This document shows positions 43,487-54,010 of a stretch of 64,000 nt of DNA, in pieces (positions within the stretch are counted from its first letter, which is position 1; each line of letters opens with the position of its first letter). Location of the stretch: contig CBDBHR010000030.1 of NCBI GenBank assembly GCA_965205865.1, positions 1,280,001 through 1,344,000 on the forward strand, in the 5' to 3' direction. Made by a program: the position numbers and the translations under genes. Under the pieces are notes generated by a model, which saw only the letters and a program-made list of their open reading frames with translations, did no database searches and was not told the DNA's origin. This stretch comes from a bacterium. GTDB lineage: Bacteria; SAR324; NAC60-12.

Positions 43487-43675
43487 CGGGGTCAAGCTTG
43501 CAAATTTGGAAAAACCAGGTTAACCGGTGAGTTCCTGTTTTTGCTTTTATCCCTGAGATATGGGTTTCGTCAGTTGAAGCAACGGATCGAGCAATCCCGG
43601 AGGCTCCAAGATCGCCGCGAAACTCTCCGGACTCGAATCTTTATTTAAAATTCTAAAATTCCAAGCTTGACCCCG
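43487..43675. mobile_element. 189-bp MITE-like element with GGGGTC..GACCCC ends
   Basis: Perfect 14-bp IR cggggtcaagcttg. Confidence 0.65.
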
Positions 43676-43828
43676 TTACGATCCCTTCCTTTAATCAGGC
43701 TCTGAGGCCTGAACAAAAGTAGTAACTCCTCAGACCAGACTTGGCCTGCCATTCACTATTCCCGTATCTTATCGATCCAGCACCCACTGTCCTCAGGCCA
43801 TCCATGGCTGGATTTGTCATACCAATAC

Positions 43829-45390
43829 CTAAATCATCGCCTCGATGAGCGACGGGCCGGGTGAATTCAACGAATCCGCCAACACCTTATTGAACTGTTC
43901 GGCCGTTGTGACCCGCCACGCCGGTACGCCCATGCCTTCCGCCAGAGAGACCCAGTTGAGTTCCGGGTTCGTCAGGTCGAGCATACTCATCGCCTTCGGT
44001 CCCGGGTTGTGGGCGCCGACGCGTCCGAACTCGATCTGCAGAATCGAGTATTTCTGATTGGCAAAGATGATTGTGGTTACGTCGAGCTTTTCACGCGCCT
44101 GGGTCCACAGAGCCTGCAGCGTGTACATTCCGCCGCCGTCGGCTTGCAAACAAATCACGCGGCGATTGGGTGCGGCGACAGCCGCGCCCGTCGCGCACGG
44201 TTGCCCATAGCCGATCGAACCGCCGGTCAGCATGAGCCAGTCATGAGGCGGAGACGTACGCGTAAACCCGGTGCATCCCCTGCCGCACGTGCCGCTTTCG
44301 TCCACGACGATCGCATTCTCGGGAAACTGATGGGCCAACGAAGCACCGATCGATCCCGGCGTGAGGTCTCCTTTGGGCAAGTCGGGAAGTTCCAGCTCCA
44401 CTAGATTGGCTTGTGTGCTGGCGGCGCCGACCGCATCGGCAAGAGCCGCCAAGGCTGCAGTCACGTCCTCATCGCGTTCGACAAGCGTGAGCAATTCGCA
44501 ACCCTCCGGCGTCAACCAATTCGCTTGTCGGGATAAGCGAAAAAGGTGACGGGCGGTTGCGAACTCACCAAGATCAAATGTCTGGTACCGGCCAACACCC
44601 CCGCCGCTTGCTCACCGAAGTAAGGCAGGCGCTGCAGTTCCGCTCGCCCCGCACCTCGTTGCAGACGCGGAATGAACGTATCCATGATCACGCGCCCGCC
44701 CGTAGTTTGGGCGATCCGATCCGCCAAGGCAGATCGCTCCTCGGTGATGTGGCCGTTCATCAGAAAAACCGCCGGCTCACCAGTCTTCAATGCTTTGGCA
44801 ACCGCGTCGATGTTGTCTCCGGACGGATTCTTCGGCTCGATACGAGGCAGCGGCTTACCCCGCGACGTCGTGCGACTCCATGCGGTGTCCGCCGGGAGAA
44901 TCAAGGTGGCGACCTGTCCGGGAGGCGCCATTGCCGCTTGTACCGCTTCCGCGCCGTCCGCGGCTACTTCATCGGCCGATTGCGAAACCTTGACCCAGCC
45001 CGAAACCGGGCGGGCCACTCCCTCGACGTCGGACGTCAACGGCGCATCGTACTTACGATGATACGTCGCGTGATCACCAACGACGTTTACGACCGGTGTT
45101 CTCGCCTTCTTGGCATTGTGCAGGTTTGCCCAGCCGTTGCTGAACCCCGGACCCAAATGAGTCAGCGTCGCAGCGGGCTTGCCCGCCATGCGCCCATAAC
45201 CGTCAGCGGCGCCTGTGACAATCCCCTCGAACAAACCCAGAATGCAGCGCATCTCCGGGTTGGTATCCAACGCTGCCACAAAGTGCATTTCCGATGTTCC
45301 CGGATTCGCAAAACAGACGTCGACGTCCGCATCCACAAAGGTTTGCACCAGACTTTCCGCGCCACTGCGGTCCGGTTTCTCTTCAGACAT
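43829..45390 (-). pseudogene. Acetolactate synthase-like ThDP enzyme, single frameshift ~44520
   Basis: FANPGTSEMH, GAADGYGRM, TGGSIG, ADGG.MYT.QALWT.ARE; could be a sequencing error. Confidence 0.85.
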
Positions 45391-45510
45391 GAATCTCCCC
45401 TAAAAAAGGTTACAGTTTTTTAATAGCCCTAGAACTATTTTACACATCGCAAGTTAGTCCTAAAACCATTTTACCGATTTTTAGTTCTAGAACAACCCCT
45501 TTTGGTGCGC

Positions 45511-46476
45511 TTACCAGTTGAAAGGGTTGATCAGTCGAGCCAGGAACCCTCGTTTGCGTTTGCCCTTCGCAGCGCCATAACTGCCCTGGCCACCCCGCAG
45601 CCGGGGATCGAGCAAATCGCGCAGGGCGTCGCCAAACATGTTGACGCTGAAGACGGTGATCATCAAGGACATCCCCGGCCAGAAGGCGAGTCCCGGATTG
45701 GACTCCATGTATTGACGTCCCTCCCAATTGAGCATCCCCCCCCAACTAGGGGTCCCATGGGATAGACCATAACCCAGAAAGCTTAAACCGGCTTCAGCAA
45801 TGATCACATTGCCGATGGTGATGGTAAAAAGGACGATGACCGTCGCAAAGATATTGGGAAGAATATGCCGCAGCAGGATTCTGAAATGACCGTTGCCAAT
45901 GGCATGGGCGGCGACGACATACTCGTTTGCTTTAATGGCGATGACCGCGCTGCGGATCACCCGCGAGTTGACGATGCCCGTACTGATCCCCAAGACCAGG
46001 ACGAGTTGGAGGGAGCCTCGGCCGAGCAAAGCCATGAAGGTGATGATGATGAGTAAGCCTGGGAAGGCCATCCAGGCATCGACAAACCGTTGCACGGTCA
46101 GATCCAATTTTCCTCCAAAGAATCCCGTCGGCACCCCAATGAACAGAGCCACGATCAAATGAAGCGTGGTCGTGATCAAGCCCACTAAGATCGTCACCCG
46201 GGCTCCCCAGATGATGCGGGACAAGACATCAGCCCCGATCTCGTCGGTACCAAGCCAGAACCTGGCGGACGGTCCTTCCAGAATGGCATCGAAGTGGGCC
46301 TGATGAATACCATAGGGGATAATCAAATCGGCAAAGACCGCTATCAGAAATATGAACAAAATGATGAACCCACAAAATGCCCCCAATGGTTTCTCCCGAA
46401 TCAGTCTCCGGAGAAAATCCGCCACGCGTGAGGGTTTCTTTAATTGAACCGTCATGGTTTCTAATTTCTCATTCAT
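45511..46476 (-). CDS. ABC permease (OppC/DppC-like)
   Basis: WLGTDEIG, EAGLSFLGYG, GDALRDLLDPR. Confidence 0.92.
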   Translation of the reverse strand: MNEKLETMTVQLKKPSRVADFLRRLIREKPLGAFCGFIILFIFLIAVFADLIIPYGIHQAHFDAILEGPSARFWLGTDEIGADVLSRIIWGARVTILVGLITTTLHLIVALFIGVPTGFFGGKLDLTVQRFVDAWMAFPGLLIIITFMALLGRGSLQLVLVLGISTGIVNSRVIRSAVIAIKANEYVVAAHAIGNGHFRILLRHILPNIFATVIVLFTITIGNVIIAEAGLSFLGYGLSHGTPSWGGMLNWEGRQYMESNPGLAFWPGMSLMITVFSVNMFGDALRDLLDPRLRGGQGSYGAAKGKRKRGFLARLINPFNW

Positions 46477-46489
46477 TGCTTCCCCTCTT

Positions 46490-47440
46490 TCAGCGGTAAT
46501 GCACTCTCGGATCCAGCCAGCTGTAGGTGAGGTCCACGATGACATTCACCAGAACAACAGCCACGGCGACCACCAGGTTCAGTGCGGACACGGTGGTATA
46601 GTCCCGATCGTTGAGCGCACTCAGCATCAATCGGCCTAATCCGGGAATGACGAAAATCTGCTCTATGACCAGGGAACCACTGATCAGCCATGGAACGGCC
46701 AGTCCGATCAAGGTGACCACCGGAATCAAAGCATTCTTGATGGCATGGCGTATAATGACGACCCGCTCCTTGAGCCCCTTGGACCAGGCGGTGCGGATAT
46801 AGTCCTGCCGCAACACTTCCAGCATCATCGTCCGGGTCATCCTCATGACCTGACCGGCGATCGTCATCGCAATGATTGCGGCGGGAATGAGCAACATCCC
46901 CATGTTGCCCAAGGGGTTTTGCGTGAAAGGAATATACACCATGGGCGGTGCCCATCCCCAGTAAATCGCCGGGTAGATCATGACCATCGCTCCCAGCCAG
47001 AAATGGGGGATGGAAATGGCACCGATAGAGAAACCGCGCCCGAGATAGTCCCCAAGGGTATCTTGCTGGATTGCTGAATAGATACCGATGGGCACCCCCA
47101 CGAGTAAGGAGATAATCAGAGCCATCAAACCCAGCTCAAACGTCACCGCGATTCTGGGGAAGATGATGGGGTTCACCGTACCGAAGGTGACCAAAGACTT
47201 GCCGAGATCCCCTTCCGTAAAGATGCCTTTCATCCAGCGAAGGTACTGCACGTGAGCGGGAACATCGAGCCCCAGGGTTTTTTCAATCGCCTCGCGTACA
47301 TCTCTCGATGAACCTGCTTCAGCGATCAACAAGTCTACGATGTCACCCGGCATTAAACGTACCGAGGCGAAGACAATCAGGGATACGATAAAAATCGTTG
47401 GAATAATGAGCAGTATTCTTCGGATGGCGTAGGTCGTCAT
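46490..47440 (-). CDS. ABC permease (OppB/DppB-like)
   Basis: RMTRTMMLEVLRQDYIRTAWSKGL. Confidence 0.92.
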   Translation of the reverse strand: MTTYAIRRILLIIPTIFIVSLIVFASVRLMPGDIVDLLIAEAGSSRDVREAIEKTLGLDVPAHVQYLRWMKGIFTEGDLGKSLVTFGTVNPIIFPRIAVTFELGLMALIISLLVGVPIGIYSAIQQDTLGDYLGRGFSIGAISIPHFWLGAMVMIYPAIYWGWAPPMVYIPFTQNPLGNMGMLLIPAAIIAMTIAGQVMRMTRTMMLEVLRQDYIRTAWSKGLKERVVIIRHAIKNALIPVVTLIGLAVPWLISGSLVIEQIFVIPGLGRLMLSALNDRDYTTVSALNLVVAVAVVLVNVIVDLTYSWLDPRVHYR

Positions 47441-47471
47441 AAAGATAATTTTCTGATTAAGGAATGCCCGT

Positions 47472-48566
47472 TTAAATCACCCAATCATGCCAAAGATTGT
47501 CTTTGGTCGGCACTTCGGTGTCCTCTGTGAAGTTGAAGGCGTCGACCCACCACTGATTGGTCTTACCAGGGCCAAACACATCGTCGTCATCGAAGAAACT
47601 TAAATCACCTTTCTGAAAGTCACACGGCACCACCAGGCGAATACGCGGCTTGTCGTCTATGGCGGAAAAATTCATGCCTCCTGAGTGGATCAGTCGCGGA
47701 TGCCAGAAGACCACATCTCCAGGCGCACCGCAAAACTCAACTGGACTGACATTGCTGACAATCCGATCAAATTCATTGAAAAAAACCATCAGTCTGTCCG
47801 TTGCACTAATCTTGGTGCTGTGACAGGTATCCCAAGTGGGATGGAGAAGGATGTGGGATCCCGGCCATACCGTGAAACCTCCGCATCTCGGTGGTATTTC
47901 ATTGATAAGAACCATCGCGGAGAGATAGGCGGGATTGGGGTCCACGTGCGGGCCGAGCCTTTTTGGTTCCTCTTCAGCCAGTGGCGCGACACCATAAATT
48001 CCGCGTACTCTTTGGGTCGGTCTGAGAGGCGTGCCAATAAACTGTGCAACGACTTGCTGGACGTTTGGGTGATTTGTCGTCAAAGCAAGCAGCCAATTTT
48101 CAATACCGAATCGTGTTGGTGAGCGAAACTTAAAAGAATTTCCACCCACTTTACCCAAGCATTGACTATCTTCTGTCGTCAGTTTTTCCCCTCTGTGTGA
48201 CCAAGTCGAGGTCTCATCACGCTGCATGTAATAGTCAGGCACATGCTCCCAAAAATAATCTTCAATTCTTCTCAATCCTTCTTTATCCTTCACAAGGCCA
48301 CGTTTGACAATAAACCCCTGCGACTTGAAATGCTCGATTTCCGCTTTTGATAATTTGACCTGCTCGGCCCCTTCGAGACGGTCTTCATAAGGGATGGGCT
48401 CAAGGGATGTGAGGGGCGCATTCTTATTAATTTTTAGGTTTAAGACTGGGTGAGTTGAAACCCTCCCCTCGTAATCGGCTGGTGGGGGAACGCTTACTTC
48501 TTCTATCACTTTAGCTTGTCCGGATTGGTAATTGATGGGTGGGTAGCAAAATTTAAGGTCTTCCAT
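47472..48566 (-). CDS. Phytanoyl-CoA dioxygenase (PhyH) family protein
   Basis: F...GF, PHVD, GGFTVWPGSH, PGDVVFWH..L.HSG..N...R. Confidence 0.85.
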   Translation of the reverse strand: MEDLKFCYPPINYQSGQAKVIEEVSVPPPADYEGRVSTHPVLNLKINKNAPLTSLEPIPYEDRLEGAEQVKLSKAEIEHFKSQGFIVKRGLVKDKEGLRRIEDYFWEHVPDYYMQRDETSTWSHRGEKLTTEDSQCLGKVGGNSFKFRSPTRFGIENWLLALTTNHPNVQQVVAQFIGTPLRPTQRVRGIYGVAPLAEEEPKRLGPHVDPNPAYLSAMVLINEIPPRCGGFTVWPGSHILLHPTWDTCHSTKISATDRLMVFFNEFDRIVSNVSPVEFCGAPGDVVFWHPRLIHSGGMNFSAIDDKPRIRLVVPCDFQKGDLSFFDDDDVFGPGKTNQWWVDAFNFTEDTEVPTKDNLWHDWVI

Positions 48567-48680
48567 TGAGTTCCTTTTGATGAGGAGATTAATTTTATCT
48601 GATTAAACCACGTCCTTTGAGCGGGGATCCGAATGCGGCCCAGCCTAGTTGTGGTCAGAGACAATCGGCTCTGCCAGAAA

Positions 48681-48850
48681 CGTGCACGTGTTCGTAATCG
48701 TGCTCGTGCACGTGCTCGATTTCAGTGCTCCAGGTTCCCTTGAGATGGGGAATTCATTAGAACAGAATACAAGACATAGAATGAGTTCTTGCTGTATTGG
48801 ATTGTGTTTCGTTCACGAGCACGAGCACGTCTCACGAGTACGATCACGAG
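48681..48850. repeat. Inverted arrays of hexamer repeats (cgtgct / agcacg)
   Basis: 48681-48720 vs 48814-48850. Confidence 0.8.
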
Positions 48851-49022
48851 AAGTCCCTTCCAGGGGCCAATCAAAACCACCTTCTTAGGCGGACGGCCAG
48901 TTGTGGACGGCCAGTCAAGGTGGATTCTTTACTGTCAATAAACAAAAAAAGCAAGGCAATGGGAGAGCCCGATCACCTTGCCTTTTTTAAAATGGCTGAA
49001 CAAATAAAGTATCGAATTACTT

Positions 49023-50825
49023 CTAATGACCCATTTCTTTCTTCATGTCCTGGTAAATCCAGTAACGACTTAAGACATCGAAGGCAGGCCTTCCCTGCAG
49101 GTTAGCTTCTCCATTGGCACCACCGAGCCAGGGCCACCACATCCTGACACTTGTTGGTGTAACACTGGAGATCACCCAGTGGTTCTTCAAGACGTAAAAA
49201 TCCGCTTCACGGGCTAACCTTCGTTGCTCTTCCAGGGTATCTGCCTCCGCTACTCTTGCACACAAGTCATCAAAATGGGCATCGTTGGCCCTCACACTGT
49301 CGGTCGGTGATTTCGAACCAGGACCCGTGAGACAAGCCCAATCAGGGGCATTCCCTCTATATCCTCTCTGTCCCCAGGTGATTTGGCTGGAGCCGTTTTT
49401 CATATTATCGATAAGCTCGTTTTGACTGATGGTCTTGATCTCCAGATCGACCCCCACCTCGGCAAAATAACTTTTAACGATCCTGGCGTAACCGGGGTCC
49501 ATCCCATACCAACCGGGGGCTAATTCGTAAATGGCCTTGAATCTGAAACCGTCTGATCCCACAGGCAGTCCTGCTTCATCGAGGAGTTTCTTTGCCCTTT
49601 CAGGGTTATAGGTATACTCTGCCTTAAGTTCCTCATCAGGCCATTCATCATAAGACTCGATCCATGGTAACCTGTAACCATCATAAATTCCTTTTATTTG
49701 TGTGCTGGCAAACCCTTTGAAATAGCTCTTTGCAATGGTCTCTCGGTCGATAGACATTTGCAGTGCCTTGCGCACCTTTAATTTCTCAAAGGGAGGGACC
49801 TTCTGGTTCATGGCAAGATGCATCCCCTCAGCGCCTAATACATTAAGGTATTTTACTTCAGGGTTTTTCTCGATGATGGCTGGGGCATCTTTAGAAGGAA
49901 TTTCTCGGATCCAATCCAGCTGGCCTGTACGGAACGCGGCCAGTCGGGTCCCGGCGTCTTCAATGATGAGCCCTTTTATTTCATCGGCATAGGGAAGCTT
50001 ATAGCCTGGGAAAACCGGATCCATGGCCCAGTAGTTGGGATTTTTGGCATAAGTGATATGGGAGCCTGAGGCATACTCTTTGATCATGTAAGGACCCGTG
50101 CCGACGACGTGTTCCCAGCTGACAAAATTCCCCCATTGCTCGAGGATCTCGGGTGGGTTGATTTGCGTGCCATGCCATGGCCTCCATACCTGAGTTAAAA
50201 ATGTGGGCATATTTTTAATGAATTTGAACTCAACCGTCCAATCATCAGTAGCGGTGATTGATTTGACCACGGTGCCTTTCCATTCAGGAACGTTGGGGTT
50301 CGGCTCTTGCCCCTCAAATTTCCCGATCCCTAACATCCGTTGAAAACAATACGCAACATCTTTCGCGTTCATCTCCCGGCCACCTACCAGCTTGCCCCCT
50401 GGGGTATCCGGTTCGTGGAAATGGATACCTTTGCGAATTTTTAAGATGTAGGTGAGGCGATCGGGTCGCTCCCAGCTTTCGGCGAGCCAGGGTGTGGTAT
50501 GTTCGAATTCAGTTTCATATAAGGAAAAATCTTGTCCATTCGGATCATATTGTGTCCAATCCGCTACAAACAATTTCTCCAGCAGAATACCCGCACCCCG
50601 GGTTGCTTTATACCCCGAGACATGCGCGTCAAATGAGCCTGGGTCAAAAAGAAAGGGGAAGGTGATTGTCCCCCCATACTGAGGCGGTCTGATCATCTCT
50701 CCGGTTCTCTGGTCTCGGATCAACTGCTCGGCAGACGCGGCCGAACCCGCCATGAAAACTGCCACCCCCATCATGAAGGCCGGCAGGGTTGCACTTAATG
50801 TGAATCTTCTTTTTTGAGTAAACAT
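49023..50825 (-). CDS. ABC transporter substrate-binding protein, family 5
   Basis: Signal peptide MFTQKRR..., LAESWE, VGTGPY, VRKALQMSID; an alternative in-frame ATG lies at 50927. Confidence 0.9.
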   Translation of the reverse strand: MFTQKRRFTLSATLPAFMMGVAVFMAGSAASAEQLIRDQRTGEMIRPPQYGGTITFPFLFDPGSFDAHVSGYKATRGAGILLEKLFVADWTQYDPNGQDFSLYETEFEHTTPWLAESWERPDRLTYILKIRKGIHFHEPDTPGGKLVGGREMNAKDVAYCFQRMLGIGKFEGQEPNPNVPEWKGTVVKSITATDDWTVEFKFIKNMPTFLTQVWRPWHGTQINPPEILEQWGNFVSWEHVVGTGPYMIKEYASGSHITYAKNPNYWAMDPVFPGYKLPYADEIKGLIIEDAGTRLAAFRTGQLDWIREIPSKDAPAIIEKNPEVKYLNVLGAEGMHLAMNQKVPPFEKLKVRKALQMSIDRETIAKSYFKGFASTQIKGIYDGYRLPWIESYDEWPDEELKAEYTYNPERAKKLLDEAGLPVGSDGFRFKAIYELAPGWYGMDPGYARIVKSYFAEVGVDLEIKTISQNELIDNMKNGSSQITWGQRGYRGNAPDWACLTGPGSKSPTDSVRANDAHFDDLCARVAEADTLEEQRRLAREADFYVLKNHWVISSVTPTSVRMWWPWLGGANGEANLQGRPAFDVLSRYWIYQDMKKEMGH

Positions 50826-50956
50826 ATTTTTCCTTTCGCATGTATGTTCAAAATTAAGGATTACTTTAAAACCTGCTTTGATTCCCGAAAGCACGTTCTC
50901 GACGATTTCTCTAATTATAAATTTCATTTAGACCTTTCTTGTTATTTAGTTTGAAG
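50749..50956 (-). promoter_or_regulatory. 208-bp leader + signal-peptide cassette, copy 1
   Basis: Gap-free match to 62281-62488, about 15 mismatches by eye. Confidence 0.85.
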
Positions 50957-51076
50957 CAATAAAAATTCATTTTCTGCTTACGTGATTTCACCATAGGCTT
51001 CTCCTGATAAGATTAATGACTAAAAAAAGGGCGCACTCAGGTGTCCATGATTTTGCAAATTCCCCCTTGCCGATTC

Positions 51077-51335
51077 AGGAACTTGGGATTTGGAACTGGG
51101 AATCTTAAGGATCTCTTCCCCTCGGACTGGGCGTCGCCGTCGAGATGACACCAGGGGATAGAACTTGGGATTGGGAATTTGTTGCTTGGGGCTTGGAACT
51201 GAGAATTTGAGACTAGGAACTTGGAACTAGGTACTTGGTGCCGGGTTGCCGGGTGCCGGGTGCCGGGTGAGTTTGTTGATAATTTCTTCGGCAGTTTTAG
51301 TCCAGACATAGGGGTGCCGGGTGCCGGGTGCCGGA
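51077..51335. repeat. Heptamer tandem arrays (ggaactt-like and gggtgcc)
   Basis: Directly visible 7-bp periodicity. Confidence 0.8.
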
Positions 51336-51379
51336 TTGTACTCTCATTTTAACCTCTTGTCAAGTTATTTTTATTTTAT

Positions 51380-51608
51380 ATTTGAAACGGGTTAATTTCA
51401 GACTTTCATGTCCTCCTGATGGTACGACCGCAAAGTGAAGGATCGCATGATTGCCCTTTTGTCCCTGGAAGAAACTATTGCATAGTCGCTTTGCAACTGA
51501 AAGCTGACCGCAGAAAGCGAAAAGCCGTTTCTCGATAGCGACTATTTAGAGGAGAATATTTTATATCCATTTGAAACGGGTTAATTTCAGACTTTCATGT
51601 CCTCCTGA
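51380..51608. repeat. 40-bp direct repeat (51380-51419, 51569-51608)
   Basis: atttgaaacgggttaatttcagactttcatgtcctcctga x2. Confidence 0.85.
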
Positions 51609-51713
51609 AAACATAATATTTTTTAGGATCTTGAAAAAGCGTTATTGGAAAAACAATCGGCAGGCCTTCTTTAGGAAATTGCTTCAGGTATTGCTCATAA
51701 ATCCCCACTAAAT

Positions 51714-51865
51714 ATACGATGTGCTCTGGCCATTTTGTTGATTTCTTTAAAAGGTGCTTTTGACCCACAAAAAGAAGGTTCTAAGAGCCAATATTCGCTT
51801 ATATTTTTTAAAATATATAATCATAACAATGGAGTAAATAAAATAATTTGGTGCGACCCGATTTC
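51714..51865 (-). mobile_element. RAYT family A upstream end with the first codons of the transposase
   Basis: Near-identical to 54173-54328; MARAHRI start; ends aaataatttggtgcgacccgatttc. Confidence 0.85.
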
Positions 51866-51988
51866 CAAGTGACCTTGAGGTCGTTCTATTTTCATCTATA
51901 TATCTTGGCGTTTTCATAATTTTAGGTTAATTTACATGAGTAATGGAAATCAATAATAACTAAGTGAAGTAGATAAGGTAATAGGAAC

Positions 51989-52387
51989 GTGGCAGAGCAA
52001 TCATGGATATATGAGTCTGGTTCTCAACGATTTAAGCATAAATGGCATCATGATTACGCAGATATTACCAGAGATTCTAAACAAAATAGAATTATTGGAA
52101 AATGTCCAAATACTTTGATCCAAAGTATTGCTGAGAAACTTCTGAATGAGGGATTTCATTATTCTCCTGAAAGCTGGGAGGAAGAGTATCCTAAAGAAAT
52201 TTTTAATATTTATGAAGGCATTCCATATAGAGCGGTTATAACTCTTCCAGGAAAATCATATCATGGATTCCCTACAAGTTATATTCCGCCCATATTGGAA
52301 ACAAATTTGGCAGATAGAGCAAAAGAGGAAGGAACATTTGAGGAATATAAGAAATGGAAAAAACAGAAAAAACACTTAAGAAATTAG
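51989..52387 (+). CDS. Hypothetical protein, putative toxin-like RNase
   Basis: 132 aa; KHK...GKCP and YRAV...YHGFP motifs; GTG start with AGG RBS; AT-rich. Confidence 0.6.
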   Translation: MAEQSWIYESGSQRFKHKWHHDYADITRDSKQNRIIGKCPNTLIQSIAEKLLNEGFHYSPESWEEEYPKEIFNIYEGIPYRAVITLPGKSYHGFPTSYIPPILETNLADRAKEEGTFEEYKKWKKQKKHLRN

Positions 52388-53835
52388 GAAAAATAGGAAA
52401 TCCAAGTGGAATATGTTTCCAAATTCTATGGCAACAAACACTGAAAAGAGATTTAAATGTCATAGATGCTACTGAAGGAGAAATAAAACTATGGTTGAAA
52501 AATGAATTGATTTGGGGGGAAAACATAGATGAAATAGAAAGAGGAAATGGTGGCGATTGGATAGAATTACTAGAGTTTTTATGTCTAAATTGGCATTATA
52601 TTTGTCATGAAGAGAATCACATTCTTTTTTATCAAGCTACCAAAAGTAAATTTTTGAAGGCAATAGAGGGAAGATATTTTTACTTAGGAGAATCTGAAAA
52701 TAGTAGAGAGCTTCAATCAATCTATGATTTTATCGAAAGGCATGACTTAGCTAGATGTGTTAAAGGAGAGTATATTCAACCGATTATGCTTATGCGTGAA
52801 GGTAATCAAATGCTGATTGCTACTGAAGATGGTGTCATTTCACGTCCTTTAGATGAAGTTATAGACACCTTGCAAAATATAGGAGATTTTATCTCTAAAC
52901 GAATTGAAAGCCTAAAAGATGAAAGTGCTAAGTATTGGTGTGATCGTTGGATAAATAAAGATCATAGTTTTAGTCTAGAAAAGAAATTACCGTTAGTAAC
53001 CAACCTTTCAATAATCACAATCAATGATCTGCAAGAAAATAGTTCTGTGCGTGAATTTTGGGAGCTACAGGAAGATATTAGTGCTTCTTCAGAAATTCTA
53101 GCAGTTGCACGAATGAGTAGGGAAGTTCCCAACCAATTTATTTCAATAATTATAGAAAAAGTGCGTTCTGCACAAAAAATTCAGACATCTTCATTAGATG
53201 CAATTTCAAATGAGGCAATTAACTTCATAAGTAGTAATAAATTTATCCCTCTATATAAGCAGGGCTATATTCTTGCCAAGTGGTTACGAGAAAAACTTGA
53301 GGTTAAAAGTAGTGAAAAGATTTTTCCAAGAGAAATAATAGAAGAATGGGGTGTCACTATAGAAGAAATTGATTTGGATGGATGCCAATCCTTACAAGCT
53401 GTTTCATGCTGGGGACCTCAACATGGTCCTACTATTTTTCTGAATATGAAGGGGAAGTATAACAAAAGCATTTCTGGACAAAGAGCTACATTAGCTCATG
53501 AAATTTGTCATTTGCTTTTGGATAGGAATACATCTTTACCCTTAGTTGAAGTATTAGGAGGAGATACTCCATATGGTGTTGAGAAAAGAGCTAATGCTTT
53601 TGCAGCAGAATTACTACTCCCAAGAATAGAAGTAGAAAAATTTATGGAGACAGATAGTGAGATAGAAAAAGTTGCTAGCTCCCTATCTACAAAATTTTCA
53701 GTAGGATATATCCTAATAGCAAACCAGATACTAAACTCTCCTCAAATTTCTTTAGAGAGATCTGAACAAATATATATAAAAAATATTCAAAATCAATATA
53801 TTGCCTCCCCACTTTTTGATTTGTCTTTGTTCTAA
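52354..53835 (+). CDS. ImmA/IrrE-family Zn metallopeptidase with long uncharacterised N-terminus
   Basis: R.TLAHEICHLLLD and EKRANAFAAELLLP. Confidence 0.88.
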   Translation: MEKTEKTLKKLGKIGNPSGICFQILWQQTLKRDLNVIDATEGEIKLWLKNELIWGENIDEIERGNGGDWIELLEFLCLNWHYICHEENHILFYQATKSKFLKAIEGRYFYLGESENSRELQSIYDFIERHDLARCVKGEYIQPIMLMREGNQMLIATEDGVISRPLDEVIDTLQNIGDFISKRIESLKDESAKYWCDRWINKDHSFSLEKKLPLVTNLSIITINDLQENSSVREFWELQEDISASSEILAVARMSREVPNQFISIIIEKVRSAQKIQTSSLDAISNEAINFISSNKFIPLYKQGYILAKWLREKLEVKSSEKIFPREIIEEWGVTIEEIDLDGCQSLQAVSCWGPQHGPTIFLNMKGKYNKSISGQRATLAHEICHLLLDRNTSLPLVEVLGGDTPYGVEKRANAFAAELLLPRIEVEKFMETDSEIEKVASSLSTKFSVGYILIANQILNSPQISLERSEQIYIKNIQNQYIASPLFDLSLF

Positions 53836-53890
53836 AACAGATCAGTTAAAACAATACCTTCGCCAAAATAGATTTTGGTCGTTTTTGTCG

Positions 53891-53956
53891 CACGCTGAGC
53901 GAAGTCGAAACGTATGATTTCAGTGACTTAAAAAACCCTTCGACTTCGCTCAGGGT
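53891..53956. repeat. REP-like inverted repeat pair
   Basis: ctgagcgaagtcgaa ... ttcgacttcgctcag. Confidence 0.75.
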
Positions 53957-54010
53957 TCTATTTTTTAAATTGGCGAAGGTATTGTTAAAAAAATAGAACA
54001 ATAGTAAGAA

